A stretch of 64,000 nucleotides of DNA from Leidyana gryllorum EB-2025a (Eukaryota; Protista; Apicomplexa). The notes beneath the pieces are model-generated. The model was not told the origin of the DNA. It ran no database searches and saw only the letters and a program-made list of their open reading frames with translations. Where the stretch lies: positions 401,952 through 465,951 of the forward strand of contig JBLWGC010000213.1 in assembly GCA_048772705.1 (NCBI GenBank). The letters are read 5' to 3'. Both the position numbers and the translations under genes were made by a program. Below are positions 24,236 to 36,597 of this stretch, piece by piece. The first letter of the stretch is position 1. The number at the start of each line of letters is the position of its first letter.

Positions 24236-27179
24236 TCACACAACGGCGAAATGGCGTTTGAATCCTTGATGCTCTTGCGACAAGGCAGCCTGGCCAGCCG
24301 GATGTCGGTGAGACCACTAATACGTACCTTTTCTCTCTGATCGAGAAGAAGAATGATTGTTCCTACTGTTGCGAGACACACGCAGGTGATCTGAGAAACA
24401 TTTCTGCTCTGAGCCGGACATGTCTGTACGTACCACTACTATTGCGACGACTTGCCGACCCGGATGCACTGAAAGGGTCAATGTCCACGCCCGATGATTC
24501 CAGCGCGGATTGCTAGGAATCATGGTGATCTCACTGTTAGGTAGCAAAGCTATCCAACGGCGTGCGAAGAGGACCAGAGGATTTGCACTGATCGGACTTG
24601 TGGGCATCCAGTAGTCTGCAGTTAATTTTCGTCCAGCCACAGCCCCCGTGTGAGCGTTGTTGTTTGTTGTCAAATTCGCACTCTCGCACTTCGGAGCGAT
24701 ATTGGTCACGTAGGGCAGACCAACAAAGAAGGACTCTATGTATGAGCTTGACTGACCCAACCTGTGCCGAGTTGTGTATACTTAGTTGTGCAGCCGCCTG
24801 TCTTACCCGATGAAAGTGGATTGTGGATTGAGCGCTCCATATACACCTCGCGGACTAGGGAGAGATCGACGAACTGGATACTTAATACCATCCAATCCAG
24901 TCACAGTGAGAGCAAAGGTAGTGCCAGGCAAGGCTTGACCATATCTAGCCGCGTTGGGTTCTCGACACGACTCATCTACAGAATTGAGAGCAGTCGCGGC
25001 AATGAAGAAGTTCGTATCGGCCACAGTGGAGAATGAAAAGGCCGACAGATTGGAATCTGTAAGTTGTATTGATCTGCACATGTTCGAACCTTACCGGCGT
25101 GGCGGAACAGATGTACCATCGATTCGTTCTTATCGCTGGTCCCAAAGGCCAAGAAGTTCAGAGTGCCCTGAAGAGCGCTAAAGGATGTTGAAAGGGGCTA
25201 CTCACGGGCTGGAACCAATCTTCTACGAAGCCTCCAGCGTACAACGTCGAGTTGCTTGCCTTAATACTCGTTGCGGCCTCGAAACGACGAGCTTTGCTCG
25301 GATCTCGCGACACTCTGTTTCGGCCCAATAATCTATCAGCAATTTGTTGGAATATTGCTCTACAGGCTCGGTATATTGAGTAAGTAGTCTCTTTGATGTT
25401 TTCGACGGCGTTTAGCTCTGCCGACCAATTAGTCAGATCTAATTGGAAAGTAAGGCCTTCCGAGTAATGCCATGTCCTTTCCCCCACAGGCAGCGTATTT
25501 CGCAGGAGTCTGAAGGATGTTGCCGCTGTTGCAGTCTCATTGACGAGAACCACAAGGTCTAGGAATCCATCTCGATCGATGTCAGCCGGTCGCAGAGTGG
25601 TCGGGTATCCCGGAAGGCTGGCTAGGCGCACACTACCTTCCTCATTGGTGAATCGGATATCTGACACACTGACTCCTAGCCGACGCATACCTTCGTCAAT
25701 TCCACCAAAGACGAATGGGGCTGACGTGCATACATTGTCATTCTCTCGGCAGATCGGATTTTGTAACGGTGGTGACAGATGCGTTGAGGTACAGAGTGGC
25801 GGTTGAAAGAGCTTGAACAAGAAGACCCTCTCGGAGCCCGCACAGAGAGTCGACCTCCCGCTAGCGCCCTCAGCCTCAGGGACCGGATCGCATGCCAACA
25901 CCACCAGATCACTGGCTCCATTGTTACTGAAATCATCTAAGGCGATCGCCTGAGTACCTGTGGTAATGCGTTCGTGCCGGTCAGGGACTGCGACAACGCC
26001 GCCTCACCTTCGGGCAGTAAAAAGCGTTGGCCTCGCCACTGTCGCCATTTGACGGCCGATGCTCGTTTATTGAAAGGGGTAGGAGAGAGTTGGAAGTCAG
26101 TGAGCCAAACTTCCAGCTCATACCTTCCGATGAAGTCCGGCGACTCCACCGCCTGGAACGCTTGTGGGACAGAAGGGCTCTATCGAGCTTACCAGCACGA
26201 GATCGGCTACACAATCGCCATCCACATCTACAGTTGTGTGCCCAGCGATGGGTGCGATTCGCGTTGCGTCCTTGAGGGGTAAAGGTCTTGGTTGCCACCT
26301 TCTGTCTGCGTCCAAAGGTCGCTTGAAGTGAGCATCCAGCTCATGGCGCTGGAGATAGTCATCGCTTGTGGATTTATTTTGTGTCAGTTCCACTTCACCT
26401 TTACCCATCCGCTGCCAGACGCTCTTCATGAGCGACAAAATCCCCCCCTTCTCTGTGTAGTTGGCGACGGGTGGGGCTTCCAGGAAGTGTTCTAACGATT
26501 CGCTCAGCGCCAGTTTTGGTACATTGCTATAATACTCCAGATCGAGCCACTCTCCCAAATCTGTCCACATGAGGGGGATGAAAGAGTGCTGTTGGTTGAT
26601 ATAGACTTTTCGCGAATCCGCTTCGTCATCGTACGTCAACAGGTCTGGCAAACCGTCACGATTAATGTCCACCATAATTGGAGGTATCGCATCCGTCTCA
26701 TTGGAAGACCAGAGAAGCTTGAGCGTTTGAGGAGGCGTGTTGTTGGCAGACACTCGATACAGTGCCAATTTGTACCCTTGTTCGCATCCGAAGACACCCA
26801 GTACAGCCATCCGATTGTCTTGTTCGAAATCTGCAGTGAGTGCACTTTGGAAGGAACATCCCGGTCCGAACTCCTTGGGAGTTTCGGCCGTTGCGTTGAG
26901 GCACACATCGTAGCGATATGAGCTCATATCGGCGCAGTACATATACACTTGAGTACGGGTCGCGTTTGTGCGGTCGAGGAAGAGGACATCGGTCACCCCA
27001 TCGCCATTCAAGTCAGCGAAGCCCCCGACAGCTGCTTGGGTGCCTCGTAACCCACCAAAAGCGCGCAAAGGATCTTCGTGGTCATCGTAGGTGTGAATCT
27101 GCTTGTTGAATAACCACCATAGGTCATCGGCAGCACCAACGACAGATAGGGTGAGAAGACCCCACCTCACCAAAAGCAT
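24236..27179 (-). CDS. ITFG1: T-cell immunomodulatory protein (TIP/ITFG1/LINKIN) homolog, type I membrane protein
   Basis: Signal peptide; FG-GAP-like DxNxDG repeats (DLNGDGVTD, DINRDGLPD, DVDGDCVAD, DIDRDGFLD); C-terminal PGTTF..TFIGLGQSSSYIESFFVG..LLPNSEI; TM helix then DQREK..HF tail. Confidence 0.85.
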
Positions 27180-27204
27180 TGACGTCTCCCCTCAAAACTT
27201 TGGA

Positions 27205-28134
27205 ATGGTCTCTCTCTCTCTACTCTTGGGGTTGATAGCAACTCTACGAGGGTCCGCAGGTCTGAGAACAGTCCTAGCAGGAGGAGAAGAAGGTACATGA
27301 GTGAATTAATTGATTGTATTGCCAACGTTCTATTCTGATAGAATGTATAGTAATCAGGAGCCACCCGCAAGCCGAAGTCATCCTGAATTATGAGGTGTTT
27401 CCCGACGAGGCCAAAGTCCGCGTCAATGTTGGCAAGGGTGATAATCTGCTGTCCCCACACAACGCCCGGAAGTAGGGTTGAAACACTTGAGTCGCAAAGT
27501 CATCCCCGATTAGAGCGCAACGAGTTCGGACCCTCCCAGCGATGCGATTGAACAGTTTGAATCTGACATCGGAAGTCGGTGGTGAGCAGACACTCGAGTG
27601 TGGAGTAATCACATTGGGCTTGCGACCCCAGCTCAGGGAGAAACTCACTTCCAAGCGTGTTTTACAAATGCTCACAGAAATCAGGCGATCGAAATGATGT
27701 TCAGCGTCCGGTGAGTTCAATGCTAATACGGTTTGGTATAAACAAAGCTCTTCAGAGCCGACACATTTGAATTACTCCATGATGTCGCTACTCGCGGTGA
27801 GTTGGTAGTTTTAGGAGGAAGGCGGCGGACAATGCTTTATTGTCTTAGAACATGCAAGAGGTCTGCTTGAGGCCATCGCCGACCTGTCCCAAGCGACCAA
27901 AGGGCTATTGGATCAGCAAGACTTCACAGTCGCTCGTCAACTGTCACACCAAGAAGGTGAGTTTAGTACCTAAGCATGCTAAACACCAAGCCCGAGGGCA
28001 TTGCAGTGTTGGAAGGAACACACCACCGGATTTTGCGATGGACGGTAATCCAAGCCGGGTTCCTGATTCTCCTGGCGTTTGCCCAGATTTATTACATTAA
28101 GGGGCTGTTCCGAGCTTCCAAGACTATTCTTTGA
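27205..28134 (+). CDS. p24/emp24/gp25L (GOLD-domain) cargo receptor (multi-exon)
   Basis: Spliced by eye: signal peptide MVSLSLLLGLIATLRGSAG, EECIV, a coiled coil, then THHRILRWTVIQAGFLILLAFAQIYYIKGLFRASKTIL*, a classic p24 C-terminus. Confidence 0.85.
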
Positions 28135-29045
28135 TCAGGATGCAGTGTTTGCGCACTGCCGATCCTTGCGCCTTGATCGATCGTTCAAGAGTTTCTGGAG
28201 GGGGGGATTGGTTTATGATGATTCCGCTGGCGCGAGAATGCTTACCTCTCTGCAACGCCGCACTTCCGCTTCATAAGCTTCAGCATTCTCGGCATTGTCT
28301 CCACACACGTTCTTCAACGTCTCAATGATCTATATACAAGTCACGCTCCTATGTAGTTGTGCGCGCCCGCTCACTCACCTTATGTGACAGTGTCCTCAAT
28401 GCACCCAACTGTATAGTTGTACTGGCAGCTCGTAATGTCTGTAATTCCTTGGTAACCCCGAGATCCGCAAAGTCGAAGGTGCGCACGTTCAGCAGGTTCT
28501 CAATGCTAACGGAAGACTCAGCATTGAGCGAGCCGCCGCGCGCATAGGTAAAAGCAGCGCCCAATATCTTGGAGAACCAGGGTCGCGTCTTCTCATTGAC
28601 CCTCGCCATGAGCGCTTGTGGCGAAACCACATGGCAATAGAGGTACATCGTGTGCAAGGCACTGAAAGATGCCTCGAAACGCTTTATATCAGAGGCGCCG
28701 CGTCGTGCAACGTAGCACAAGTGAGTCAGCAGATTATCGAACATACTTCTGTCCTGTATTTGCTCAACACTTCTGCGGTTGACTTGAGTCTTGGGGGTCA
28801 AAACAGGAAGTCCGACCGAGGGAACATCCTCTGGAGATTCCAGAGGGAGGAATGCGGCAGTTAGTTTCTCCATCTCCTGACGCAATTCTGCTCCCTCTTC
28901 CATCTCAGCATCGTCAATCGCGTTAGGCTCATCACTCTCAGCACCCCAGTCGGAAAAAGAGAAGCTGTCCTCTTCATCTCCTGACGTCCCGCTGCTGCCC
29001 TCCTTCTGAGAACCTGCCTCTATTTCCCATTGCTCCGGTTCCATG
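28135..29045 (-). CDS. Hypothetical protein with acidic N-terminus (3 exons), or alternatively the spliced tail of the myosin
   Basis: ATG at 29045 (MEPEQWEI) follows an A9 tract; two canonical introns lead to a stop at 28135-28137. Confidence 0.55.
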
Positions 29046-31721
29046 ATGACGCAATTTTTTTTTCCGGCTATTGAAATGTGGTAAGGGCTCAAGGGGCACT
29101 CGGTGACAGAGGTCAGTACTCGAACCAAAGTTCCCACCCTGATGCATTGACAAAGAGTCTGAGCCGCCACCAACCTCGTTCAAAGGAGGCAACCGCCGGC
29201 TGGCATATTCATGAGCACGCCCGATACTCGCGAGCAGAGGCCGCTCTTTCTCTATCTTGTTAGTGTATCCATGCGGGTTTCTACGCCGTGGTGGGGCATT
29301 GGAGACGCTCGGAGGGCTGCAAATCGAGATAGTTTTCTGAGTGGTATGATGGTGTCGGGAACCCGATGATCTAGTGGGTGGAGGCTGATCAACTACAACC
29401 TCCTCTGACGATGTCACAGCACTCTCATGATTCGAGTGACCGTTATTACTCGTGTCAATGGTGGCCCCTGGCGAACGCACTCTCCTCAGTCTCAGCAACT
29501 GGAGACGCGCTTTAACAATGAGAATCCCTCGCTCGAGAACACACACGCGTTTCCGCACTCGCCAACCACGCCACCAGGCCTGCACTCGTTTCGCCATTCG
29601 TACCCGTCTTGCGTACGCGTAGAGCTCCAGAACCCGGTTGCAGAAGAACGCAGCGTCAAACGCTTTCCGGACCGCAACGTAGGGAGATTTGGACTCTAAG
29701 TAGTCTTTGAAAACCTTCTCGTCCCACTTCTCAGCCACAATGGCGGGCAAATCAGTCACTTCGCCCCGAAGCTCCGCACGAAAGAAGGCGTGGGTGATCC
29801 CGATACGGTAATGTGCAGGATTCACTTGTGCTACTTGCAAGGCAGCTGAGACAATTTTGCTCATCGGCGTCGAGGGCGAAACCACCTTGTTCCATACATC
29901 ATCTCCAAGGCGACTCCGAATGCTTTGCTGTAGATCCCGCAACCCAATCCGGCACGGATAGCCGCTCGTCATGCACTGGAGCACCTGGAAAATTCCTCCC
30001 GCGACCAGCTGTCGCTCAACAAACTTGTTGTCAAAAGTCGGATCCAACAAACCTGCGTTCGGTTTCAAGCAGCGCACGAATATGGTGGGGTGATCTCCGC
30101 TCAAAGAGTCTATCAATCGTGCCACTGACGCCGTATAGGTTGCGGCCAGGGAGGGCGGCTTTTGGGACTTGACCAATCCTCCTGGTGGGCGAGGGAGTGC
30201 CGTAGCTCGCAGGATGTCATACGTATGGGCTGGGAGATCATCTCGATTGCTTGCTCCGAAATCCTCAGTATTGTACTCTACCCGGCCAGCGAAGTGTGTG
30301 AAGCAAAACTTGTTTCTTGGCACCAAGAGAGGGGTGTTGGTCTCTTGTCTCGCCAGAGCCACAAAGGCTGCAGCGCGATCTTTCACGGCTCCAGGTTGAT
30401 AACTACTGTCGTGCAGAGACCTAAATATCTTCTCCAAGCAGCGTATCCGCAGCAATCCTTCATCCTCCAATCGAGCGGCAGCCACCTTGAGGTCACTGAC
30501 CAACCCACTCTCCAAGACACCCTCAGTTGTGTACTGATCCACCTCTCGCAGAAGCAGTGCTTGGATGAACAGGTACTGAAGCCTCTCGTTGGCATAATTT
30601 ATGCACAATTGCTCCAGCCCATTGGTGGAGAGAGCCTCGAAGCCGTAAATGTCAAGAATTTGCACTTCGTGGTCGCCACCGTTTCTAAGAACCTGGGTGA
30701 GTTGGTTCACCACGTAGTCGAACAGATTCTGGTAGACCACCCGCATCAGTATACTGCGATTGCGATCGGCTTCCATCTCGTCCATCTGACGTTTGGTTTC
30801 GCAAACGGGAACACTCTGCAGAATGTCTTTCAAATCCTCCAACCCTACTTCCCAGGCGTCGCGAATGGTCTCCAGATGTCGAGTGCAGGACTCGACGAAC
30901 TGGAGCTCGCCGTTGGGCGCCCGGGTGAACTCGATTTCCCCCAAAGCCAAAAGAGACAGCAGTGTACGCTGCACCAGGTCGACCGAGATGCCACATCCCA
31001 CTAGTGCGTCTTTGACGATGTCGAATGGGAACAGTGTGACTACATCAGAACCACCTTGGGTCAAACAGCGCCATTTTGAGGCCTCAGCGCCAGCAATGGA
31101 GTATAAGATATGGAAGTTCTGCTCTTCACGCGCTTGATGTGATACCCGACCCCTTCCCAAAAGATAAGTTTGGAGGCTCGCGCCCAGCAAGTTGAGCTTC
31201 CCATTCTGGGATGACTTGTGATACTGCAGAGCGAAGAGTTTGCCGAATCGAGATGAGTTTGGATTGTTGGTGGTTCGGGCATTTCCGAAAGCCTCGAGAA
31301 TGACGTTGCTATGCTCAATGATTTTCAAAAGCTGCGAGCTCACATCAGCACTCCCTTGAACTTGCTGTCGATGAGCCCAAGTGAGATACTCTGAAATCAG
31401 CCTCGCACTTTCTGTCTTTCCCGAACCGGAATCGCCCGACAGCACAGCAACGGATCTGGTCGCCCGCGGTAGGCCGACCAAGGCGGTTCGGAGCAACTCT
31501 GCGACTCCAAAGATATGGGGGCTATCGGCCAGTTGACGACGGCCTATGTATTTGCTTTTCCACTCATCTCCGTAAATTGGCACAGGCGTCCACGGATTGA
31601 TCGCCACCAACAATGTACCAACCCAGGTATAGATGTGTGACTCTTCATACCGTTTCCGAAGATTCTCGGTGACCCCGTCCACGCTGAGTTGAGCGAGGAG
31701 GGTACAGTTGGGAACCCCCAT
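28974..31721 (-). CDS. Unconventional myosin: motor domain, one IQ motif and a short tail
   Basis: IYTWVGTLLVAINP, P-loop GDSGSGKTE, switch I NNPNSSRFGK, switch II DIYGFE, EQLCINYANERLQ, FVRCLKPN, IQ-like VQAWWRGWRVRKR. Confidence 0.93.
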   Translation of the reverse strand: MGVPNCTLLAQLSVDGVTENLRKRYEESHIYTWVGTLLVAINPWTPVPIYGDEWKSKYIGRRQLADSPHIFGVAELLRTALVGLPRATRSVAVLSGDSGSGKTESARLISEYLTWAHRQQVQGSADVSSQLLKIIEHSNVILEAFGNARTTNNPNSSRFGKLFALQYHKSSQNGKLNLLGASLQTYLLGRGRVSHQAREEQNFHILYSIAGAEASKWRCLTQGGSDVVTLFPFDIVKDALVGCGISVDLVQRTLLSLLALGEIEFTRAPNGELQFVESCTRHLETIRDAWEVGLEDLKDILQSVPVCETKRQMDEMEADRNRSILMRVVYQNLFDYVVNQLTQVLRNGGDHEVQILDIYGFEALSTNGLEQLCINYANERLQYLFIQALLLREVDQYTTEGVLESGLVSDLKVAAARLEDEGLLRIRCLEKIFRSLHDSSYQPGAVKDRAAAFVALARQETNTPLLVPRNKFCFTHFAGRVEYNTEDFGASNRDDLPAHTYDILRATALPRPPGGLVKSQKPPSLAATYTASVARLIDSLSGDHPTIFVRCLKPNAGLLDPTFDNKFVERQLVAGGIFQVLQCMTSGYPCRIGLRDLQQSIRSRLGDDVWNKVVSPSTPMSKIVSAALQVAQVNPAHYRIGITHAFFRAELRGEVTDLPAIVAEKWDEKVFKDYLESKSPYVAVRKAFDAAFFCNRVLELYAYARRVRMAKRVQAWWRGWRVRKRVCVLERGILIVKARLQLLRLRRVRSPGATIDTSNNGHSNHESAVTSSEEVVVDQPPPTRSSGSRHHHTTQKTISICSPPSVSNAPPRRRNPHGYTNKIEKERPLLASIGRAHEYASRRLPPLNEVGGGSDSLSMHQGGNFGSSTDLCHRVPLEPLPHFNSRKKKLRHHGTGAMGNRGRFSEGGQQRDVRR

Positions 31722-31799
31722 TTCTCACCAGGGTGCAACCTTCCATGCACCTCATGGTATGTGGGCGTAGCACGATTTTTTTTTATCTCGTGGACCCTG

Positions 31800-34700
31800 A
31801 TGTTGGGGACCCTGGGCGACTGGATTCCGACCAATAAAGCAGTAACCGTAGAACAAGAGCGTACGAAAAGGTCCATATCTGCACTGGGGGATGACTCTAG
31901 CGACGAGGACATGCCAAAACATCGCCTCAAGAGGCTAAGGGCTGATACCGCCTCGTCTCCGGAGCCTGTGCAAGAACAGCGTCCAGGTCCCCCGCCAGGC
32001 TCACAGAGCTCCTCCCGCGCGCCTTCGGTAATTGCCGAAGACGAAGAGGCTGAAGAAGGACCCGACAGGACGGGAGAGAGTGACTATTTGGAGTTCCGTC
32101 GGGTCACAGAGAACATCAAATCGATTTTGGTAGACTCCCTGGGAGGCACTACAGACGAAGAGCAGCGTGCTATTGTTGAGAGTCAGATCCAAAGAGGGCG
32201 ATGTTCCTTTATGCGATCCTACGCCCCTCCAGAGGACATTCTGAAAGACAATCCCAGCTTGAAGCCATATCAAGTGAGTACATTGGGCATCGTTTAGTCG
32301 TAGATTCACCATTCCTTGCAGGTGGCGGCCGTCCATTGGATGCTGACATTGTATGAGAACGAGTTGAATGGACTGGTTGCAGATGATATGGGGTTAGGGA
32401 AGACAGCGGAGAGCATATGTTTCTTGAAACGTCTTTTCGCTGATCAACGATTGGATTATCCCATCGTTGTGGCTTGCCCAACCACTCTGTTGGATAATTG
32501 GTGCGCCGAGTTCCGTAAATGGGCCCCGAGAATCAAAGTGCTCAAATATCACGGGTCCCAGAACGAGCGACGCGCACTGTGGGTGAAGTTTGCCACTGGT
32601 TTCTACAGCGAAGAGATGGAGAGTGACGGGTCTGGTAGTATAACCGGCGACGAAGAGGAGCGCGAAATTGTTGCTGATGATTCATTGGAGAAGGAAGAAG
32701 CCGATCAGGAAGACGATAACAAGGATGAGGAGACGGGTAGCACTCTGCTTCCCAAAGAAGGGGACAGCAATGTCGAGGGGGGCGGCGGTGCGGCGCCTCT
32801 CGATCCCGTTGACGGGGAAACGGTCCCATATGAGCTCCCCCGCAAAGGCGACTGTGCTTATCACGTGATCGTGACCACTCATCAGACCCTGGCGAACCCG
32901 TTTGATCGACAGTTCTTTTTCAAGACGCGATCATTCAGTTACTTGGTGGTCGACGAGGCTCACTCATTGAAGAATTCGGCGAGTCAACGGTACAAGAAGA
33001 TGAACAAATCGTTGAACGCTGTGAACCGTCTACTGCTCACTGGCTCTCCTGTCCAAAATCAGATCTCTGAGCTGAAAAATCTCCTCTACTTCCTGAACCC
33101 CTATCGGAAGGCAACTTTCGACATCAATGCTGCGCTCGGGTACCACACACGCGTCTGGCGTCGTGCAGTTCAGGAAGGTGATGAGGCGACACAACGAGCG
33201 TCGGTGGAGTCGACTCAAACTGCGCTCAACACGAGCGGCACCACGACGAGTGTCGAGCCCCCTGCTCCAAGTGGCTCAGCGAATAAAAAGGGTAGCACCA
33301 CAGACCCTGAGGTTGTGTTCTACCAACAGCTCTTGGCACCATTGATTCTTCGACGTCTGAAGGTTGAAGTCATTGACAATTTCCCAAAGAAGACCAACAA
33401 GATTGAGTTGTGTGATATGGAACCAGTTCAACAGGAGATGTACCGGGCGGAGTTACTGGCTGCCAAACCGATGTTGGCGAACGTCACTCCGAGCGGTAGA
33501 CGACGTCGTCCACCGAAAAGCAAATCTCCCGAGGAGAGCACCGACACGGCTGGAGGACCGAGTACACCGACCTTCATCAAGGGACTGCTGTTTCGGCTGC
33601 GGCGCATCTGCAACCATCCTCTCTTACACGTGCGCTACTTTTCGCAGGAGAAGCGAAAAGCTTTCGCTCAATATCTGCGGCTGAACAGGGACGACTATCG
33701 TAATTTCACTCTTCAGCGGGTATTGGAGCACATATCTGATTGGTCGGATTTCGACATTCATACAGAGTCAGCCAACTTTCTGCCAGACATGGCGGAATTT
33801 CGATTACCCGACGAGGAGTTTTTGAAGGCGTGTAAAATCAAGAGGATGTTGGAACTTCTGGATCAACTGTGTATCGAGAAACAGCAGAAGGTACTGGTCT
33901 TTTCCCAATTCACTACATTCCTGGATGTGATACAAGAGACTCTCCGTATTCACAGACCTACGTTGCCCATGCTTCGGTAAGCAGCACCAGCTCGCAACGC
34001 TTCTTTCCAATCCCTCTGGCAGTCTGGACGGTTCAACGGCGGTGGATGAGCGAAGCACCATGGTCTCCGCTTTCCAGGAGCAGGACAGCGCTTACAAAGT
34101 GTTTCTGCTGTCCACCAGAGCTGGTGGCGTGGGGTTGAACCTCACCAGCGCCCGCACAGTACTTCTGATGGATCAGGTGAGTTGAGAGGTAATACCTTCG
34201 ACCCGACACCATGTCTTTAACAGGACTGGAATCCCCACAATGATCGACAAGCGGAGGATCGTGTTCATCGTCTCGGACAGACTGATGACGTCACTGTATA
34301 TCGCCTCTGTTGTCGCCATAGTTTCGAGGAAACAATCCTGTCGTGCTGCAAGAAAAAATTGGAGCTGGATGAGGCCTTCGGGGGCAATGTGGAGGCACTG
34401 CCGCTCGAGATCTTTGAAGATCTTATTCGGACCGTCAAGACCACCGCTGACCCGCTTAACGAAGACGCGGCCACCAAGAGTGGCGATGCCTCTCCCGAAT
34501 CATCGAGCGCTATTGTGGATGACAGTGCACCTAAACAGACAGAGGAGGCGCCGAAGCGCGAGAAAGTTGCTGCCACACGCCGCGGAAAACGGAGCGCTGA
34601 CACGACTACTCGCGAGAGAAAGCGGACCACTACGTCATCATCGAAAAGTACGTCCAGCAGTGCTACAAAATCGACCAAAGGCACCCGTCGCACCACCGCC

Positions 34701-34877
34701 AAGGACAGTCATCACGCCGGCGAACAGGAGTCGAGCCGCAAAAAGACCAGCACAGCAGCCAAGGAGGCCGCGACAGACCCCTCAGACAATAAGAAACCTG
34801 AGAGTCAGCCAGATCAAACTGTGTTGTTGCTGCCTGGTGGTGATTCGTCCGAAAGTGAAAAGGAAAACCAGTCTTAG
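31800..34877 (+). CDS. SNF2-family chromatin remodelling ATPase, SMARCAD1/Fun30-like (4 exons)
   Basis: LKPYQ, LVADDMGLGKT, DEAH, LLTGSPVQN, LRRICNHPLLH..SDFDIH, LLSTRAGGVGLNL, DWNPHNDRQAEDRVHRLGQ. Confidence 0.9.
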
Positions 34878-34971
34878 TCATTTCCTAGCACATGCGTGCA
34901 CGTGTACAGTGTACTGGTGATCGACAACACTAGAAGGGCCTGTTGCCCTCAGTTTTTTTGCACCTACAATC

Positions 34972-36193
34972 ATGAGCTCTAACCCTCAGAACGTCGCCCC
35001 ACAACAGGTTCAAGAACCGTACCGACCCCCACCAATCGGACAGCCGCAACAATGGCAAGGTGGGCAACCCCAAGCCTATCAGGCGCCGTATGGGTATTAT
35101 CAACCGCAACCCGCAGGTTATAATCCCGCGCCGGGACAGTATCCAGCTTATGCCCCCCCTCAAGGTCAACCAGTCTATCAATATGCCGCTCAACCCCCCC
35201 CTCAAGCTCAGTATCCGAATGCTGCTCCACCTCAAACCTATGGACAATATACAGGTGGACCCCCTAGATCCGAACACTCTGCGATCAATATAAATCCCGA
35301 AGAGGATCATGGAAACAACAAAGGTGTTTTTGGAGGCCTCGGGGAGCAAGACTGGGAGATTCCGGATGACAAGAAGCTCACTGAAGACATCGATATCGCC
35401 ATTCGAATGGGATTCGTACGAAAAGTGTACGGTATCCTGTGCGGCCAATTGACCATAACTTTCGGAATGGCGCTGTGGTTCAACCTGCACACCGCAGCGG
35501 GAGAGTGGCTGTATGAGAATCCTTGGGTTCTGATCATAGCCGCCATTCTGTCATGCGTTACCGTTTGTGGTGAGTGTACCCCTTGACTGCACTTTTGCTC
35601 ATCGCGCATGCTTTCATCAGGCCTTACTTGTGTCCCTTCGGCAGCTCGAAAGGCCCCCACCAATTACATAATGTTGGGAACCTTATCCCTCTGTATGGGG
35701 TTGGTGCTGGGCTACAGTACTGCTGCCGTTTCAACCCCAGCATTTGCCATCGCTGCCGGCGCCACTGCTGCAGTCACATTGGCGGTGACCCTCTTTGCCT
35801 TCCAGACAAAATGGGACTTCACAGGTAAGAATCCGCCTCGAGTTACTCCGTACCAACTACCTCGCAGGGATGGGGGTGTACGCTTTCGTCGCACTGATCA
35901 TGTTGATGATCTTTGGCATTGTGTGCGCTTTTGTGCGGAACAGAATCACTCAAATCGTCTACGGATGCTTGGGCGCATTATTGTTCAGCTTCTACCTAAT
36001 CATGGACACACAGGTGAGATAACCTCTCCAAGTATCGATCTCTAAACATCTAATGCAGAAAATTGTTGGTGGGAAACACCGAAAGTACGAGTTTTCTATC
36101 GATGATTATGCCTTCGCGGCGCTGGCCCTGTACCTGGACATTATCAATCTGTTCATGTACATCTTGACGATTGTCAATGCATCGTCAAATTGA
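34972..36193 (+). CDS. Bax inhibitor-1 / lifeguard (TMBIM) family membrane protein with P/Q/Y-rich N-terminus
   Basis: IRMGFVRKVYGIL, FAFQTKWDFT, YLIMDTQ..GGKH..DDYAFAALALYLDIINLF. Confidence 0.92.
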
Positions 36194-36597
36194 TGCAACA
36201 AGATCTCGCCCCAGTCGGCAGGTACCATACACACGCTTACACACACGCGGATCGCTTCATGATTGGAGCCGGCGCCATCAACTTGGCGCGGACTCGATGG
36301 CCGCCAAGCGCTCTGATGATTCTCACTCACACTGTCGCTGGCCTTTTAGCACCAATTGGATAACTGAAATTGACTTCTTTAGAAATGGGGTCGGATTTGT
36401 GTGACATTGAGTGGTGTAATATCGTAACATTTATGTAAAGGCGTCTCTCGCAGATGGCCAACCGAAAAGTTAGATGAAAGGACACGCGAGCGGCCACACC
36501 CCCTCGGAGCGTACCCAACAGCCAAGGTTGACAAAACGGCTCACCAAAAAAAAACAAAAAACACTGGTCCTTTGAGGGGTTTCTCTGCCAAGCAAGC

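Noticed and set aside
27167-27720. Minus-strand ORFs 27167-27460 and 27388-27720, and plus-strand ORF 27852-28100
   Set aside because: The region is explained by the spliced p24 gene in other frames.
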